From the NCBI GenBank assembly GCA_907165135.1, contig OU015570.1, forward strand, positions 1,819,929 to 1,883,928: 64,000 bases of DNA. Reading direction: 5' to 3'. Below, one piece after another: positions 60,073-64,000 of this stretch (its first letter is position 1; each line of letters begins with the position of its first letter). The notes below the pieces were generated by a model. That model was given only the letters and a program-made list of their open reading frames with translations, was not told the DNA's origin and searched no databases. Origin of the DNA: Oikopleura dioica. Lineage: Eukaryota > Animalia > Chordata. The translations under genes and the position numbers were made by a program.

Positions 60073-61545
60073 AAAGTAACAAATGAGGGGTCTTTCGATA
60101 GCTTAGAATGCAAATCTCATTATGAGAAAGGTAGTTCTCACTGTTTTTAGAAGTGTTTTTGTCAATAGGCTATTGTACGTCTGGATTCCTAAGCCCAAAT
60201 CGGCTGAATTACCAGTCAAAGATGGCCAAAACGGGGGATCTCTTAATTCATAAATTAAGGAACGGGGCTCATTCATTTTACGAAAGGTGTCTTTGGTGAA
60301 AATTCAATATTCTTAACTAGCTTTATTTATGGTGAGCCCGGGGCGCCCGCGGGCGAGAAAAATTTGCACGGGCGCGGGAGGGCGCGGGGGCCAGATCAAA
60401 AATTTTCGACGGGCGCGGGCGGGCGCGGGGGCTAAATCCGAGATTTCTTGCGGGTACGGGGGCGCGGGCGGGTTTTTTCAAACACTGCCTATATAAACCC
60501 TCTCGTTTACCGGGATACGGACTTTTCATGTAAAAGTGACTTTTCATGTAAAATTGAAAAACAGGCCATTTCATGTAAAAGTACATTTCATGAAAATTTC
60601 AGATTTACATGAAAACGCCTTTTACATAAAAAGTCCATTTTTTCAATTTTACATAAAACGGCCGAAAAACTTAAAAAATTCCGAAATATATAATCAATTT
60701 CGATCGGACGGCAAAAAATTTTGCGCGCTCGCGCGTTAAACAGGCGTGCGAGATGACAGAAATCAATCTTAGTTCCCCTGACCGTGGGGCTTCACCCCTT
60801 GGTAGTCTAGGGTTACCTAGGGTAAGTGTTTGAAAAAATCGTCATAACTAAGATGAGCGATTGAGCGCAGAAGCTCCTAAATTTTTTCGTGAGTGAGCCA
60901 GCAAGAGCGCCCGCTCGCTAGCTCGTGGTGATTTAAAACTGAATTTTTAAGGCCCCGAAGATTTTTTAGACAAAATTTTCAAAAAAATAATTTTGGTATA
61001 TTTAGTCTCTCAATGGTCAAATTATGAGTAAAAAATAAAATGAGATTTCGTTATCAGGCTTATTTTTGAGTTATTCAAGCCTTTATATAGGCCATTTGGG
61101 CAGACAGTGTTCTAATAATTATAATTTATAACGCATAATTTAAGATAAAAAGTCAATGACGGGCATTCTAACGCGACTAAAAGAAAAAATTATCAAATAT
61201 CGTAATACTTTGTCTCCAGGGTTGATAAACTAGAAATGGCTGTTGGCGAGCGCGAGTGAGCGGGAGCGGCAGCCCGGAATTTTATGGCTCGCGCTCATCA
61301 TTTTTTCGAACTCTGTTGGCAGATGTTGACTTCGGAGTGTGATCTATAGATTGATCTAGGATTGATCCATTTAATAAGTCGAGTTGGAATCATTTTTCGG
61401 AGCAATGCTCATCTACTCGTCTAATGCTGAATGAAGGCCATTTTTTGTCTTTCTAGCGGTCAATTTAGGCGCGATTTAAAGCTAGCAACGGAAACGCAGT
61501 TGATTCGAAAAGCAAAGTACTGGCTGAAAAACGCCAAATACGCGA

Positions 61546-62000
61546 CACTTTGACATTCAGAGCACTGGGCAGAAATAACATTGCGTTAACACGAAATTGT
61601 CGCCATCGCAATGCTTTGTTTTAATTAAACAGTCGGATTCCCCTCGTCCGTACCAGTTCTGAGTTAGCTGTTCATTGCTACCCCACGGTTCTCAAGCGAT
61701 ACACCCCACACTCGCGCACGAGGCAACTCAAGAGAACACAGCTACGCGCCTCCACAAGAAAGAAATGACACAGGTCCAGCCTGCAGTCACCCACTGGCCA
61801 GTCCGGCGACTCCCAACTCTCGCTTCACACACGCAGCCCGAGTAGCCCAGCTCTCAGAGCCAATCCTTATCCCGAAGTTACGGATCTATTTTGCCGACTT
61901 CCCTTACCTACGTTATTCTATCGGCCAGAGGCTTTTCACCTTGGAGACCTGCTGCGGATATGGGTACGACTTTGCACGAAATTTACACACCTCTTTCACA
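61546..62000 (-). rRNA. 28S: Isolated ~450-bp fragment of eukaryotic 28S rRNA (pseudogene)
   Basis: Reverse complement contains GTACCCATATCCGCAGCAGGTCTCCAAGGTGAA, GTAAGGGAAGTCGGC..GATCCGTAACTTCGGGATAAGGATTGGCTCT and GGGGAATCCGACTGTTTAATTAAAAC, which are conserved LSU segments. The flanks are not rDNA. Confidence 0.93.
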
Positions 62001-63569
62001 GCTGAAATAGGAGAAATCTGAGACATGAGCTGGCGTATTTTGAATAAGGATAGATTTAGGAGGGTCTTCGTTAGAATTACATGAAATGGTCGATTTTTCA
62101 AAGAAAAAGAGCCTTTTCATGTAAATTTAAAGTTTTTTTTCAGTTGGAATAAAATAATAAAAAAGTGTCTTCTGCGCATTTTCTGGTTCTATTGCGATTT
62201 CCTCGAATTTCTAATACTAATTACCCCACAACTTTCATATAAAATCAAAAGAATATCAAGAAGACCAAGTCACGCTTTTGAACCCTTTTTCAAAGGGCAA
62301 CTCTCGTTTTGCCCAAAATCCCGGTTCACCCACATCCCGTTTCGCCCAAAATCCTTGATCACCCATTGTGGGCAAAACGGGAAATGTGCGGAACGAGATT
62401 TCTGTGCTGATAGGGATTTTCATTTAACATTGAGAACTATCGAGATAAAAATAAGGAAAGATAAGCCCGAGTCTTAGACCCGGGACACCCCCTTAAAAGT
62501 GACACGCGTGTCCAAAAATCAGTAAGCAGCCTCTATTTGCTGGCAAAAAGAATTTTGCAGATGAAAATTAATTCTATCTGAAATTACTTTCTATTGTGAT
62601 AAGGGTTACGGGGCCTTGAAGGCAACCCTTAGTAACCCTAGACTAAACCCGAGCATTTTAAGACGAAGCCCCTTGGTCAACGTCATTTAGATTTGAGTTC
62701 ATTTTTAAAGAATCGATCAACAAAATTCGGGTTAGGGTCAGGGTTCGGTCTTTTTTAGGACTACTGGGTATTGGACCCGAGCTTCACTTCTGAGGGCGTA
62801 TCCCGGGTCTGTTATTTAACGAATTTTTAATCTTTTTTTGATTAATTTTTAGGATTATTTGAATAGAAATTTTATTATGGTTTCGTTCATCCGTCTTCGG
62901 AAATTATCGTTAACTAGTTTTGAAGGGATTAGCGCCAAATTTTAAAGCTACTCTCCTCGGAGTCGGAGTTCAAATGTCTGTAAAAAAATGACTTCAATTT
63001 AAATGAAGTCACGGCACTTTAAAAAAAAAGTTTTCTTTTGAAATTGTGAATCCAGGACTGCCCAATCCTAAATTGCACATTTTCACGGTCCGCACATTTT
63101 CCCGTTTCGCCCACATTGGGCGATCAAGGATTCTGGGCGAAACCTGATGTGGGCGAACCGGGATTTAGGGCAAAACAAGCGCTGCCTGCTTGAGTATTTC
63201 AAGCATTTGCCCCGAGAAAATCAAAATTCGCCATAACACAAACGTCAACTTTTATGCTACCTACACTGGGATTTGCCTTTAGGAACTTGACTTGACATTT
63301 TTTGATTTTGATTTTGATATTAAACCGCTCTTTATTAGCTTTTTTATAAATTTAATCAATATTTGAAAATAAACACGCAATAATCTAAGAATATTTTTTT
63401 TTCAAAGTTTTTTCGGCCATTTTATGTAGAATTGAAAAAAAGGACTTTATATGTAAAAGGCGTTTTCATCTAAATCTGAAATTTTCATGAAATGTACTTT
63501 TATATGAAATGGCCTATTTTTCAATTTTACATAAAAAGTCACTTTTACATGAAAAGTCCGTATCCCAAC

Positions 63570-63721
63570 CATACCACACCACTCAGAGATACTTCAGTGG
63601 TCAATAAACTAAAAACAAACTTTACCCTTTTTAAACCTTCATTCAACTCTAGAGTTGCCTGAAGTTGCGTTGTGTTATTTCCTTGCAGAATCGTATAACC
63701 TATACAAATTGGTGACTGAAC
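63570..63721 (+). mobile_element. Probable R-U5 remnant of an LTR plus PBS
   Basis: AATAAA at ~63603, then ...TATACA-AAT-TGGTGACTGAA, the same spacing and PBS as element A. Confidence 0.55.
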
Positions 63722-63749
63722 CAAACGGAACGCCCAAAGAATAAGAGAG

Positions 63750-64000
63750 CTAACGATCGTAGAGAGCTCCAGTGAAAAGTTTCGACTTCCGGTTTTGGTG
63801 TTCTTGGTCCGCTTTGAACTTTTTGAACTCTTCCATGAGTTGCTGGATCTGTTTGTTGATCGGGTCATTTTCAGGTTTCGTGACAGCGGCGAAATTGATC
63901 TCGCGTTTCGGAATGGATCTTTCAAGCTCGTTTGCTCGTTTAACAATCGAGCTAACATCAAGGCTAGCTTTGTCTCGCAACAGAAGTTCTCGAAGTCGAT
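63750..64000 (-). pseudogene. gag: Gag fragment of the element A family
   Basis: RLRELLLRDKASLDVSSIVKRANELERSI aligns with RLKELLSREKSTLNYDNISNRAAELERSI. Confidence 0.8.

Noticed and set aside
61440-61546. R2/Pokey-type rDNA-specific insertion next to the 28S fragment
   Set aside because: The fragment ends before the canonical TTAAGGTAGC site, and no R2 RT or piggyBac transposase adjoins it.

Overview
AT-rich eukaryotic (animal-like) genomic DNA, almost entirely a nested transposon graveyard; there are no prokaryotic genes or CRISPR arrays. The main element is a near full-length Ty3/gypsy LTR retrotransposon on the minus strand (7397-15029; 462-bp LTRs differing at one position seen; 4-bp TSD). 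It has four unusual features: a CCCH zinc finger instead of a CCHC knuckle in Gag, gag and pol in frame across a UGA-CUA stop, extra non-env coding sequence before the 3' LTR, and a duplicated polypurine tract. A second, diverged member of this family (28761-36588) conserves the CCCH finger and the UGA-CUA junction. Other retroelement content: fragments of further Ty3/gypsy families, a 5'-truncated Penelope-like element (RT + GIY-YIG) with inverted pLTRs and a hammerhead-like motif, and a stand-alone ~230-bp palindrome with a hammerhead ribozyme in each arm. DNA-transposon content: many Tc1/mariner-, hAT-, piggyBac- and Kolobok-type MITEs. Host-derived sequence: a probable spliced Maf-family bZIP gene, scrambled beta-hexosaminidase (GH20) fragments between inverted retroelement segments, and a 28S rRNA fragment. 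Larger rearrangements: a ~1.85-kb inverted duplication and a ~3.2-4-kb tandem duplication. The organism cannot be determined from the sequence; a marine invertebrate such as a larvacean tunicate (Tor-like elements) is only a guess. All coordinates were read by eye and may be off by a few bases.
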